A DNA stretch of 64,000 nucleotides from Phoronis australis (lineage: Eukaryota; Animalia; Phoronida), in the NCBI GenBank assembly GCA_002633005.1, contig NMRA01000141.1:1-64000 (forward strand), given 5' to 3'. This document shows, piece after piece, positions 1-13,400 of this stretch (positions are counted from its first letter, which is position 1; each line of letters starts with the position of its first letter). The notes under the pieces were generated by a model. The model saw only the letters and a program-made list of their open reading frames with translations, was not told the DNA's origin and searched no databases. The translations under genes were made by a program, and so were the position numbers.

Positions 1-158
1 AGGTGTTCCTCTATGCGCAAAAGGTATTTATAACAACCTGACTTTGATGGTTTAGTCGGTGCGAGGCATAATTCGCCGAAAAGCTTCCGGCGTACAGAGC
101 GCCTATAGCCTCTGCATCGCCTCTGGTTCGGGCCAACAGAGGCGATGGTCATTGCCTA
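1..158 (-). repeat. Inverted copy of the hairpin-rich repeat core at 51069-51228
   Basis: The reverse complement of 1-158 matches 51069-51228 almost base for base. It contains an 11-bp stem, catcgcctctg/cagaggcgatg (115-147). Confidence 0.9.
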
Positions 159-206
159 CTCGCGAACGTGAGTTCATTGGCGGACATCTTGGATTGAGGA
201 AAAACG

Positions 207-307
207 GCGAAAAGGCCACGCTTCTTTTCCCTACTACACCCGGAAGAGCTGGGATCTGTGCGCGCGCAGGGAGGTCAACCTACCGGATGCTCTATGTGAC
301 CTCCTGC
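207..307 (-). repeat. Inverted, diverged copy of the RhoGAP proximal promoter (9961-10049)
   Basis: The reverse complement ttgacctccctgcgcgcgcacaga...cttccgg..tgtagt.gggaaa..aagcgtggccttttcgc aligns with 9976-10049, and gtgacctcctgc aligns with gcagaggtcac. Confidence 0.8.
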
Positions 308-1008
308 TTTCCGACTGAGACGGAAAGTCAACTGCGATTTCAAGCGATTATTTAGCGAAAATCTACTTGCCTTACTACTTCTACTGCAAAATTACTCGAT
401 TGTGCTCATTGTTCACGTGTTTAGGATTCCTGTTGTGTAGTTGTAATCACTTTGTTGTGTATCATCTTTCAGTTTGAACGTCATTTTAGGCTCGTTTGTT
501 TTAATAATAGTGTTTAAAGGGCTAGAATAATTGTTTTGTAACCTTGGTAACTACATACATGTATAAGTTGTTATTTCCATAGTATTCAGGTGTATTAGTT
601 GATTCTAATAGAAGTTTTAGACTTTCATACATCAGATCAGCTTTGAATAATCAGGTCAGAATGAGGGTGAGTTCTTGGAACATTAATAATTTCTTGTGTA
701 CTTGTAAAATGTGAACAATGCCCATTTGCATTAGTCCTAGACTCCTAGGGATAGGGTAGAGTTCTGTAATGTCGCTAGTACCTTCCTTGAAAAGCAAGAT
801 TTCCCTCTACTTTCTAATGAGATCGCGTTAGTTTGGCTACATTCCTAATCATCGATGTGCATAATGTCATTGGTCGTAGTGTTGAAAACAGTGGTCATGG
901 AGAAGAAGTCATCAGCCTCCTAATGATGGACTCTGTTTCTTATTTGAAAATCAAAATCTACACTGTGTCATGGGGAGTGTGTGACTCAGTTTTCACACTT
1001 TCAAATTT

Positions 1009-4000
1009 GTCAGGTTGTGGGGAACGCTCTGCAGTATGGAAGGCCCCTTGTCTTTTGCTAATTTTGGTAATTGTCATTATAATGTTCATTTAATACTTAT
1101 TCTTAGATTAAGGTGATCACTGATGGCATTTACAAGTACGCTGAGAGTAGCCGCAACATCAGCATTGACTTGCAAGTACACAGTGGAAGATGTGTTACTT
1201 TTTGCTCAGATGGTGAGTTTAACATGACAACAAAATCAAAACTTCATTTCGCTATAGTCTGGCTAAAAATGAAAATCAAATTTGGAATGAAAATTAAATT
1301 TGTTCTTTTTACACTTATGAACTCGTATATAAATAGTCTTTTTTACTTATTACCTCACCTTAGTACCACCTTATTTTTGAAGTGTTTGAAAATCCGTTCA
1401 CGGTGTGTGATTACTATTGTTGAATTTGTCGTTGTATGTGAATAATAACGTTGTTGTTGAGTTTATTATTTTCATATTTCATTACTTTTTCTTTGCTACA
1501 GGCTTTTGTATAACAATAAGTATAAATATTATGAGTGTTATTTCTATTTCANNNNNNNNNNNNNNNNNNNNNNNNNNNNNNNNNNNNNNNNNNNNNNNNN
1601 NNNNNNNNNNNNNNNNNNNNNNNNNNNNNNNNNNNNNNNNNNNNNNNNNNNNNNNNNNNNNNNNNNNNNNNNNNNNNNNNNNNNNNNNNNNNNNNNNNNN
1701 NNNNNNNNNNNNNNNNNNNNNNNNNNNNNNNNNNNNNNNNNNNNNNNNNNNNNNNNNNNNNNNNNNNNNNNNNNNNNNNNNNNNNNNNNNNNNNNNNNNN
1801 NNNNNNNNNNNNNNNNNNNNNNNNNNNNNNNNNNNNNNNNNNNNNNNNNNNNNNNNNNNNNNNNNNNNNNNNNNNNNNNNNNNNNNNNNNNNNNNNNNNN
1901 NNNNNNNNNNNNNNNNNNNNNNNNNNNNNNNNNNNNNNNNNNNNNNNNNNNNNNNNNNNNNNNNNNNNNNNNNNNNNNNNNNNNNNNNNNNNNNNNNNNN
2001 NNNNNNNNNNNNNNNNNNNNNNNNNNNNNNNNNNNNNNNNNNNNNNNNNNNNNNNNNNNNNNNNNNNNNNNNNNNNNNNNNNNNNNNNNNNNNNNNNNNN
2101 NNNNNNNNNNNNNNNNNNNNNNNNNNNNNNNNNNNNNNNNNNNNNNNNNNNNNNNNNNNNNNNNNNNNNNNNNNNNNNNNNNNNNNNNNNNNNTTTTTAT
2201 TGTCTGTGTTTCCTTCAAAGAAAATATTCAGCAATGGACACTACTTAATAAGGGGCATTATGCTAATTTTAAAAACTGTCACCACCGTATGGGTTTTGTC
2301 TATTTTAAAGGTATTGAATGAATTTGTGAGTTCATGAATTGATGGTGTTATTCTGGTAGATCTTGTATCCTTATCCCATAAACATTCTGTGATATTTATT
2401 TACATTTTAAAAGGCATGCAGCAGCATCAGACAAATACAATAAAGAGTTTCTGGAGCTTCTGGTGAGGAGGATGTCACTAATGGACTACAAGATTTTCTA
2501 CGTTGACTACACCACGTTTTGACAGGCAGCGACTGCGCAGACTCGCGCCAAGGTATGTTTTCTCAGTCATGGGACATTCCATGTAAGTCCTGTGTAGTTT
2601 CAGATGTCTTATAAATGCTTTAAGCTCTTCAGTTAAGACATCATCAAAGAACTCAAACTGGTGCAATATGCAAATAAATGTAACCTTCATATGCACTCAC
2701 ACCTTCTGTGTTGAGAGGTTTTGGTCAGCACCCTGTCTGCATATTATCTATCGCTTCCTTGAAACATTGGTATACAGTAGTGATGCATTACCACCAGTTG
2801 ATTTTTGGACATCTTTGTGTGTCAAACCATCCCCATTTTGAATTTACAGCACAGTATTCCTTGTCTGTTGCCATTTCAACATGACTTAATCTCTATACTT
2901 TTCCGGATATTTTTATTTGGTTTCAGAGACGACTGACTTCATCCATCAAGGGATGGTAACCAGGTCCTTCATGAACACTTAAACTCTACTCTGGCTGCAA
3001 CGTTGGACAACAGATATTTTATATGGACTAAAGATGACTTTCTTGTAATTTCAGATGAGCAGTGCGTATTATTATTTGCACTAAGTTAAAGTTTTGAAAT
3101 TTGCAAAAAAATGCAAGTAGGGGTAACATAGTATTGTTTCAAGTGCATACAAAACATCAATTAAGTTAACGATAAGGAAAATCTTGAAACTAACCTTAAG
3201 TGTAAACTTGAGGAATCCGGAGGATAAAGATAAGGAAACATTTAAGGTAAACCCTGGTAGACCTGAAGTTAAAGAATCTGCAACANTAAACTTAAGTTAC
3301 GGAAATATTAAGAGGAATCTGGAGGATAAAGATAAGGAAACATTTAAGGTAAACCCTGGTAGACCTGAAGTTAAAGAATCTGCAACACGGGCTTGAACCG
3401 AATGCTTATGATAAATGATAGTATTCCCTATGTTAAAATTACTTGTAGAGAACAACTTTGATCCTCCGCTGTGATCTTATTAGGGCTTACCAGAAGTGGC
3501 GACTTATGTTTTTGGAGTCAGTAAGTAAAGGACCATCCAACAATGAAAGAAGTGTTGAAATCGGGGTCAAAATTTTTTTAGGCGTGAAAAGGCCTAAAAA
3601 TAATGTTTTCCAACTTTGATCTTGCCGTGTGACCTTATTAATGATCCAATCCAACTCAAACTTGGTGGGTTTTAGTTTCTCAACATTCTACCTCGATCTG
3701 GAAAAGAATTTTTGAAATTGGAGAAACCCTGGACTATAATGTAGGCATAGCTTTTTTCGGTCAAAAAACTTTTTGTCTTCGATTGTAAAGTTTCTGTTCT
3801 TATTTGAAAGGCCAATCTTCCAAATGGTCAGCCCCCAAGATTCAGCGTGATCGGCCCTCTAATTAGGTAATAGTGGCCCATCAAAGTGACCCACCCAAGG
3901 GTCCTTTTTGGGTCCAGAATAATTTTGTTTTCGATTTCAAAATTTTTTTGTGCATCTGATAGCCCCTTGTTTGTCCTCTCTAGAAATGTAAGTATCATAC

Positions 4001-7000
4001 TTTTTTGGCCTTTGTAAGGGCCCAGGAGTGCCCCAAATTGGCCTACCCCCTTTAAAATATCAGAAAAGATGTGCCAAAATGAGCTGTAGTTTGGAAAGTC
4101 ATATCTTCGTGACCATTTTTAAAATTTGTCAATTTTTGTTTAATAAAAACTGATTGGTTATTCGACACCTGGCAGACATAGCATGTTTTACTTCTGGCAA
4201 GTACATTGTCTACTAATAATGGTCGTTGTGTGGTCAGGTGGTAGTAGCACGNTTCGTCAGGTTGTGGGGAACACTCTGCAGTATGGAAGGCCCCTTGTCT
4301 TTTGCTAATTTTGGTAATTGTCATTAATGCTCATTTAATACTTATTCTTAGGTTAAGGTGATCACTGATGGCATTTACAAGTACGCTGAGAGTAGCCGCA
4401 AACATCAGCATTGACTTGGAAGTACACAGTGGAAGATGTGTTACTTTTTGCTCAGATGGTGAGTTTAACCTGACAACAAAGTCAAAACTTCATTTCGCTA
4501 TAGTCTGGCTAAAAATGAAAATCAAATTTGGAATGAAAATTAAATTTGTTTTTTTTTACGCTTATGAAGTCGTTTATAAATAGTCTTTTTTTGATTGACC
4601 AATATTTGTGTCTTTTTTCTACCACAACTGGATGAATAAGTAGATGAGTGTATCGATCAAGTGGTGTTCCACAACACATCATCATTTTGTCACCTGCTTC
4701 ACTGTTTTTGTGTTCACTTCGATAAAATGTCCCAATACTATAACGGAAATTTCAGTACAATATAAACATTCCGCATCGTACTTGAACTAGAATAAGAAAA
4801 ATCCACTATTTAATCCAATTTAATTTGCTCTTTCAAATTGTTCAATCATGTTGTAATTCAAAGCAGTCTATTTGTTACTACTTGCCATAGAAAAAGGTTG
4901 CCCTACTGGGACCCTTGGCCAATACAGCATTTACCTATTAATAATACATAATTAGTTATTCATTTTACGGTAATTTTGTTTGTGACCTGGTAGCTCTATA
5001 CTTTTCCTCGCTGTGTGCCGTGGCTTTGCCTAAACCTCTTGCTTTTGATTTACTTCTTCATCGGGTGTGGGTGCCTCTTGTACTTATAACGTGCAGTAGC
5101 CCAATGCTACGTTCATTTCTCATATTTCTCGCTGAAGCCACTACAATGATTTTCATTTTATGCTTCTTTTGCAGCATGCTTAAGCACTTGTACTTCACCA
5201 GGTTTGTGATGTTTAACTTTTTTATTGTCTGTGTTTCCTTCAAAGAAAATATTCAGCAATGGACACTACTTAATAAAGGGCATTATGCTAATTTTAAAAA
5301 CTGTCACCACCGTATGGGTTTTGTCTATTTTAAAGGTATTGAATGAATTTGTGAGTTTATGAATTGATGGTGTTATTCTGCTAGATCTTGTATCCTTATC
5401 CCATAAACATTCTGTGATATTTATTAACATTTTAAAAGGCATGCAGCAGCAGCGGACAAATACAATAAAGAGTTTCTGGAGCTTCTGGTGAGGAGGATGG
5501 CACTAATGGACTACAAGAGTTTCTACGTTGACTACACCACGTTTTGACAGGCAGCGACTGCGCAGACTCGCACCAAGGTATGTTTTCTCAGTCATGGGAC
5601 ATTCCATGTAAGTCCTGTGTAGTTTCAGATGTCTTATAAATGCTTTAAGCTCTTCAGTCAAGACAGTCATCAACTCAAACTGGTGCAAGGTGCAAATAAA
5701 TGTAACCTTCATATGCACTCACACCTTCTGTGTTGAGATGTTTTGGTCAGCACCCTGTCTGCATATTATCTATCGCTTCCTTGAAACATTGGTATACAGT
5801 AGTGATGCATCAGCACCAGTTGATTTTTGGACATCTTTGTGTGTCAAACCATCCCCATTTTAAACTTACAGCACAGTATTCCTTGTCTGTTGCCATTTCA
5901 ACATGACTTAATCTCTATACTTTTCCGGATATTTTTGTTTGGTTTCAGAGACGATTGACTTCATCCATCAAGGGATGGTAACCGGGTCCTTCATGAACAC
6001 TTAAACTCTACTCTGGCTGCAACGTTGGACAACAGATATTTTATATGGACTAAAGATGACTTTCCTGCACTTTCAGATGAGCAGTGCGTATTATTATTTG
6101 CACTCAGTTAAAGTTTTGAAATTTGCAAAAAATGCAAGTAGGGGTAACATAGTATTGTTTCAAGTGCATACAAAACATCTATTAAATTAACGATAAGGAA
6201 AATCTTGAAACTAACCTTAGTGTAAACTTAAGTTATGGAAATATTAAGAGGAATCCGGAGGATAAAGATAAGGAAACATTTAAGGTAAACCCTGGTAGAC
6301 CTGAAGTTAAAGAATCTGCAACACGGGCTTGAACCGAATGCTTATGATAAATGATAGTATTCCCTTTGTTAAAATTACTTGTAGAGACCAACTTTGATCC
6401 TCCGCTGTGATCTTATTAGGGCTTACCAGAAGTGGAGACTTGTTTTTGGAGTCAGTAAGTAAAGGACTATCCAACAATGAAAGAAGTTTTGAAATCGGGG
6501 TCAAAAATTTTTTAGGCGTGAAAAGGCCTAAAAATAATGTTTTCCAACTTTGATCTTGCCGTGTGACCTTATTAATGATCCAATCCAACTCGAACTTGGT
6601 GGGCTTTAGTTTCTCAACATTCTACCTCGATCTGGAAAAGAATTTTTGAAATTGGAGACAAAAAATTTTTCGGCCTCCTTTTTTCGGTCAAAAAACTTTT
6701 TGTCTTCGATTTTAAAGTTTCTGTTCTTATTTGAAAGGCCAATCTTCCAAATGGTCAGCCCCCAAGATTCAGCGTGTTCGGCCCGCTAATAAGGTAATAG
6801 TGGCCCACCAAAGTGACCCACCCAAGGGTCCTTTTTGGGTCCAAAATAATTTTGTTTTCGATTTCAAAATTTTTTGTGCATCTGATAGCCCCTTGTTTGT
6901 CCTCTCTAGAAATGTAAGTATCATACTTTTTTGGCCTTAGTAAGGGCCCAGGAGTGCCCCAAATTGGCCTACCCCCTTCAAAATATCAGAAAAGATGTGC

Positions 7001-7320
7001 CAAAATGAGCTGTAGTTTGGGAAGTCATATCTTCNCTTGTTTGTCCTCTCTAGAAATGTAAGTATCATACTTTTTTGGCCTTAGTAAGGGCCCAGGAGTG
7101 CCCCAAATTGGCCTACCCCCTTCAAAATATCAGAAAAGATGTGACAAAATGAGCTGTAGTTTGGGAAGTCATATCTTCGTGACCATTTTTAAAATTTGTC
7201 AATTTTTGTTTAATAAAAACTGATTGGTTGTTCGACACCTGGCAGACATAGCATGTTTTACTTTTGGCAAGTACATTGTCTACTAGTAATGGTCGTTGTG
7301 TGGTCAGGGGGTAGTAGCAC
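1009..7320 (+). repeat. Tandem ~3.1-3.2 kb near-identical duplication (1009-4251 vs 4256-7320), probably uncollapsed haplotypes
   Basis: 1009-1345 matches 4256-4592, and 2194-4250 matches 5219-7320, with a few percent differences. The copies are joined at a single N (4252). Short overlaps also flank the Ns at 3286 and 7035. Confidence 0.85.
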
Positions 7321-7807
7321 TATACCAATAGTTCTACTACTGGAAGATTTTGCACAGCGTTTCAATACCAAAATAATTTTTTTCGTTTTAGTGGACAGTA
7401 AAATAGATGCAAAAATTTCCCGTCAGAATACACTAACCGTAAGCTGAGTGTGCTATGCCTTGAGTGGAGTTGCGAATCTGTTGTCTATAGTGTATGGACA
7501 CATGTATCACAAAAATTAAAAAAATTAAACTTCCTCATAAGAAGATGTATTTTGTGCCGTCTAGTAGCCATTTTTATGATATAAATATACACCCCAAAAG
7601 CACACCATTAGCGATGCATTCACCAGCACATTTCAACCTCTTGTGTTGCTCTTGTTTGACAATGTATAATCTAGGAAATGCAGTTTTTTAGTGTTATTTT
7701 TCTGAGAATTATTTCCAAAAATCCACTGTGCCAGTTCTGTTTAGCTTGTCCAGTTTAAACCACAATGCCTAACTCCGCCAAGTTGCATCATACTGTTAAG
7801 TGTTGCA

Positions 7808-7846
7808 TCTTGCCAGTCCCAAGCCTGGGGAAAGGAGGAGGGGGCG
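7808..7846 (+). mobile_element. Short fragment resembling an RTE-clade LINE 5' motif
   Basis: tgccagtcccaagcctggggaaaggaggaggg resembles the GCCAGTCCCAAGCCCGGATAAAGGAGGAGGG motif recalled from RTE elements. No ORF is attached. Confidence 0.3.
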
Positions 7847-8783
7847 TTTTATGTGGTCCTTCTGTTGGGATCACTGTGTGTAGACTGCTTGGTAAATAAA
7901 TGGATTACATAGGAGTATCCTATCTGAGCTCTCACAGGCAGGTATGGGGGCACCCCCTGAGGGAACAATAGAAAAACTTTTGGCACTTCATTTAAGTATC
8001 AAGTGAAAGTTTCCTTCGAAAGTTGTGGTTAGTCCCTTCTTACGATATATCCTAGATCCTGGAGTTCACGAGCTCTCGCACGCATATTTCTATGTACATG
8101 CAGGTGCATGCATGCTAGGGTTGATGATTGAATGTGTGTCATACTGACATTTCCAATACTGGTGATCGTAGCACTTCATATACTCACACATATATATTCA
8201 TACATGTGTTGTGAATTAACAAATATGCAGTTCTCAATGAATGATTGAAACTGGAACGTTAAGAGTGTTTAAGTTACATCTATCAAAGAACTTGTGCAAG
8301 GCAATTAAGCTGTGGAGTAGATGGTAAGACCAACACAATGCAGAGCAACCCAGATCGATTGACCAAATGCAGTAATTGGTAAGAGTATGGGAACCGGTGC
8401 AACACAAACCCTATAATCACGTGATGTGTATGTATATGCATGAGAGAATCTCACAAAGTGTGAAGCCTGCGCTTATTCAAAAATTAACATTCTCATGAAT
8501 TTTTTCCTCGCCAAGAAGTGGATGAAGCTGTAGCTTTTACCAGTCCTGTCGCTATATGGGGGCAAGCCTAAATAGCCAGAATAGCAAATACTCACTCGTT
8601 GAAAATTACCAAAATGTTGCATTTTGCTTACTTAAATGGCTGTTCCTCCTCTCGGTATCGTCGGTAATGGCAACCACCGTGTAACGCTCTTTCTTTGACC
8701 TAATTTGCTCGAGATGTTCTCAACATAAATTATTGAATTTGGTTGATGACATGGTAAAAACGATAACCAGAAATCAATTGGAC

Positions 8784-8982
8784 CAGTGGCAAATCTACGT
8801 TTTCAGTGGGGGTATAGGATTTGAGCGAATCCGAGGCGCGTAGCAAACCCCCTCCCGTGTAAGATCTTTGTAGTTTTTAGTAGCTGATTTTGTTTTTCTG
8901 GCGACATTTTTTTCAATTTTTACTTTTGGTCGTCGTCGAGGGGGGAGCGGTGGGTTGAACCACACCTGTAGATCTGCCTCTG
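8784..8982. mobile_element. hAT-like MITE (hAT5-type, 5-bp TSD)
   Basis: TIRs cagtggcaaatctac / gtagatctgcctctg; flanks tggac / cggac (4 of 5 match). Same TIR family as 43617-45410. Confidence 0.65.
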
Positions 8983-8999
8983 CGGACATGCACAACCCT

Positions 9000-9762
9000 C
9001 AATGTTCAAATTATGTGGGTGTATTATTTGACACTGAAAACCCTTTTCAACACAATCGTCATTCAAGCTCACCTGGATTACTGCCTCCCGGTGTGGTGCG
9101 CTGCATCTTACATGGATATGAAAACTGTCAGGCTATTCAAAATATGGCTGCACGCATTATTCTGGGAATTGGTGTGAGATATATATTGAAAACCTCAATG
9201 GAGATGGGAATAATGATAATACACGATGACATAGGGCCTCACAGCCATCCAGTTTCAATTTGCTCAAAAACCAGAAATAAAACTGGTAAAAAATCATTTA
9301 CTACAGCGGTGCTTATTTCTGGCGGAGTACTTTCCCCTCCGATTCCAAATCAGCATCATCCTTAGTTTTGAAACCATAATTATTAGAAGTCAATTTAATC
9401 AGAAGTGTTCGGTGTACCAAATGTGCCATAAATATCCTCAGACCAACCTATTTTTTATCTATATACATGATGATATACATGATTTCGTGTACTTTTATTA
9501 ACTAATTTTAATCATTTATGAAGACATTATTTATTCATGTTATCTCATAATTTTAGTATCGTCTATTTGTAGTTTGTTTATTATTCATTTTGTTTCATCA
9601 GTCTTTCCATGTCAGTTTCATCATTGATTGTTTAAGTGTTGTCTTTCATTTTTCTAAGTCTGTATGTCCATGGAAAGCAACTAATCATGACGGGCCAGCC
9701 AGACTACCCCATTGTACGTATATAGGCCTGTTTATATCGGTACAAATAAATAAATAAATAAA
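9000..9762 (+). mobile_element. Degenerate 3' end of an L2/CR1-group LINE with (TAAA)n tail
   Basis: Remnant RT C-terminal motifs QAIQNMAARIILG and KTGKKSF, then an AT-rich 3' UTR and aaataaataaataaata at 9744-9762. Confidence 0.6.
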
Positions 9763-9899
9763 AGAATGAAAGTGTAATCAAATATTAGGTCTAATGTACA
9801 TAATAAAATATTGTGTGATGTTGACATTTTCAGAAAAACACATCAGATAACGCACCTGAGTTCGGTTGCAAAACGATCTAATAATATGAAACGAACAGC

Positions 9900-10075
9900 T
9901 CAACTTGCGGAAGTAAACAAAGATTTCATGGTTAGAGGTCACCTACTCTGACTGACACGAGCAGAGGTCACCTACTTGACCTCCCTGCGCGCGCACAGAC
10001 TCCAATACTTCCGGTGGTGTAGTGGGGAAACCAAGCGTGGCCTTTTCGCAGAGCACAGCGTGTTTACCGGAAATA
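9900..10075 (+). promoter_or_regulatory. CpG-rich proximal promoter of the RhoGAP gene
   Basis: ETS-like (gcggaagt, acttccgg, accggaaa), NRF1-like (tgcgcgcgca) and tgtagt/actaca motifs. Repeated agaggtcacctact and AGGTCA-N6-TGACCT (9965-9982). Lies ~270-440 bp upstream of the ATG. Confidence 0.6.
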
Positions 10076-10343
10076 CTGTTAACATTATTAGAAGAAACTA
10101 TATTTCGATAATAAAAAGAAAGATAAATTGCAGAATAAGATATAAATAGTGTCTTTTAGATATTAAAAACTATTTCAATATACATATATATCAATTATAT
10201 CACAAATCATTGCGGTTGATAGAAATTGATTCGAAATATATCGTACTTTCGAATTATTCCGTGTTCCGGTGCCGTACCCGAAAGGAAACATGTAAATTCT
10301 GTCTGACAAAACTTATTTAAAAGTCCATAACCATTTATTTAAA

Positions 10344-10497
10344 ATGGGTTTGGCGACGTTAGAATTTAGTGATTGTATAACTGACAGCCCTTACTTTCGG
10401 GATAAGTTGCATCAACATGAAAAGGAGATTGAAAGGACGAGTAAAGCCATCAAAAGTTTGATCGCTCAAGGAAAGGAGTTATTGCAAGCTGCCAGAA
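10344..10497 (+). CDS. ARHGAP26: First coding exon of a GRAF/oligophrenin-family RhoGAP (BAR domain N-terminus; co-ortholog of ARHGAP10/26/42/OPHN1)
   Basis: MGLATLEFSDCITDSPYFRDKLHQHEKEIERTSKAIKSLIAQGKELLQAAR matches the family start MGLxxLEFSDCxxDSPxFRxxLxxHExE. The 154-nt phase-1 exon ends at donor GTAGGT (10498), as recalled for vertebrate homologs. No exon 2 was recognised in the window. Confidence 0.92.
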
Positions 10498-13400
10498 GTA
10501 GGTGGAGTGTTAAATTCCTGCATACCATAACAGAGTTCTTGTAAAAGTCTGATGCAGCCCATTTTCAAAAAACTTTGAATTGTTCAGGGAAGAATTTAAA
10601 TTTGTTTAATCTAACAAATGAGCATAAGACATTGACTGTGACTACTCGGTTTCTTTGTGACATTGAATATTGAACCCAAGGCCAAGATCAATTGAATACT
10701 TTTGTCTTATTCACTGTCACTTTCATTGCTGTTGACACTAGCTTCTTCATCGTCCTTTTAAATTCTTGTTTAGAGTTGTTAATCTTTTCTTAGACATTGC
10801 CTCTAGCTTATTCCATTGGAGACGATGACACATCTCCTGCAATATAGGTAGCATTTTTGCCGCACTAGGTATGAGAGTAACCCTCCTGGCAGTAAAGTGT
10901 CAAACTAACTATAGTCCTCTTAGTGGCCACGATTACCATTGTTGAATGTTATCAATCTTGGATATTAAGGCACTGCAACCTCGGTGTGGTTCAAATATTT
11001 CATCTTGCATGTGTTTCGTAGAGGCGGGAACCTTGCAAAAACTCAGGAACGGAAAAGTTCATGAGATATCACCATGCTTTTGTATCATTAGTCACTTAGT
11101 GGAACATGATCACACCAGCTTCCTTAAGGGAACTCTACCTTTAGGTAAAAAAATAAATATCAGTGTTGTCCACAACAGAAAATTCAAACTTGTATTAAGC
11201 CTAACTTGTCACGGCAAAATTCAAAATCGACGCAGTGACGAGTCGAAACAAGTGGTGGTTATCATCACAGTACTGTTTTTTCTGACTTTTTATAATGTCT
11301 GGAACAGCTAATAGCTTCTGTGTACCGTGTTGGGAGTAACCGCTGAAAATACTGGTCGAATAGAATTTCCCAATTAAGCTAGATTATCACTTCATCAATT
11401 TTTAATCATGATTTCAACATGTTCAGGATACATGTAGAAGTTGTTTTGTGGCATCCAATTTTACAGTAACCATTACTCATTCTATATGTCATATGTGTTG
11501 TACTTTCAATTTAGTTTTTTTTTCTGAGTTTTGAGGTCATTCAGTGACATCAAAATTGAAGGGGACATCTACCGACAATCTCTGTCGATTTGTAAAGGTA
11601 GGAAATCCTCAGTCACATAGTCAGACGCTACCTGCATGGAAAACATGGGGAAACCTCATCACCTTATGCATTGGATAATACTAAATCTATTTTGTCATTT
11701 TCACCCAAGAATGTTAAGTTAACATTTAATAACATTTACTCTTTTAAGAAAGGGACAGCTTTCGAGGAGAGATATTACTTACATTCAAATCATTCATTCC
11801 ATTTCCCACCACTGTAAATTGGTTGAAAATCAACAGTAGATATCTGGGTGATATCGGTGATATCGGTGATATCGGTGAATGGGCTTTTAACAACTGGATA
11901 AAGCTTAAAAAAGTTAAATTGGACGTGTAGTATTTAAAGAACGAGTGGAGGTATTATAAAACGGATGCCGTAGAACAAGTTCTACAAGTCTCATAAACAC
12001 GTGGATACTAAAATTATGATTATAGGCGATGTTATGATGTTAAAACTAGTGGGACTGATGTATTTGATTTTTTCCGACTATATGGAATGTCAGAATCGTA
12101 CTCTCTGGAAGAGCTCTTCTCAGTATAGGGTGGTGGCATGGATAGCCTATAGATCACATAATGTCAGCAGTGCTCTCTGGCAAACAGAGTTGATATACAT
12201 ATAATATATATGGAAAAATATGAGGTTTTCAAAATGACAAAAAGGCACATTCCTGACTGACTAGTTCCTAGTAGTAGGAACTGCCAATTTCAATATCTTC
12301 TGACTTGTGCTTCATCGTGAAATGAAAGCTGGAAGTCCCAACAAGGACACGGAGTACTCACCTCAGTTTAATAATGGGAGCATCTTTATAAGGTCAAGCT
12401 AACATACTTCACCAGTGTAAATGTGTAGCAGAGACGCATACCCTAATGTACATTTGGCTTCCTATCATACTGAAGCTGTTGGGCTGTTATGAACTGACCA
12501 GGTGTAGAATAATAACAAAATGACAAACAATGTATTACATGTGTTCTCTATAGCTTGTTTTAAAATGCATAAGTGACCAACAAATCTCAATAAATTTCCA
12601 AATAAGGAAGTGCATACTGTTGGAATACTGACGGAAATTTAGATTGTTGATAACCGTCAACACCACACAGCGGAGCCAATTTCTAGAAGAGCCTCGTTCG
12701 AAGTGATTTGCATACTGCAAAAATGACTATACAAACAGTTTCATTTGTGAATGAAGGAAATATGAATGCTGTGGTATTTATTAGAGTTTGAAAGATTTAC
12801 ATCAGCAGCTTCCACAGTTATCCCTCTAAGCTCGGAATGTGCACTTTTGGGAACGTGACTGATGGTTTAGTCATGGTCAGGTGAATTTGACAAAAAAAAC
12901 CAAGTATACAGGACTGGTATGCTAAAGGGAATTCCGTAATTGTACAGCAGTGTACAAGACCATTCAAGAACAGGTCGTGAACTATGAACCTATTGGGATA
13001 ACTGGCCTCACCATGTTTTTACCGATCATACTTGGTCGCAACTTTGCAGATCTTCTTTTGCATTGGCATTCTTAAAAGGTCATGTTTTCTCAGAAGGAAT
13101 GTATATCATTTTAGAACCCATTTACATAGTGTTATGATCTCATGTCATATAATACTAGGAAAGGCCAATTGCCTTATTAAGAAGCTTAATTGCTTCCTCC
13201 TGCACCTGGTTTGAGTGAGCATTCTGTCCAAGTGCTCAGTGACAGTTTATTGGTGATTATGTAACCCTTCGTAATTATTTTAAACAACCAGGTTCATTGC
13301 CACTATTGGTAAAACCACATATGGCATATGGCGGTTGTCCAGTGCACTGCCAGGATACATGTGGGAAGAGTAGGCCACCAATGGCCATCAGTGAAAGTGA

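Noticed and set aside
1417-2337. Long ORFs spanning N-runs (also at 25.0-25.7, 44.2-44.9 and 58.5-59.5 kb)
   Set aside because: They are artifacts of stop-free N gaps.
3184-3396. ORF with an internal peptide repeat
   Set aside because: The repeat is an assembly overlap around the N at 3286 and is absent from the second copy.
11848-11878. (ggtgatatc)n short tandem repeat
   Set aside because: Simple slippage repeat with no further structure.
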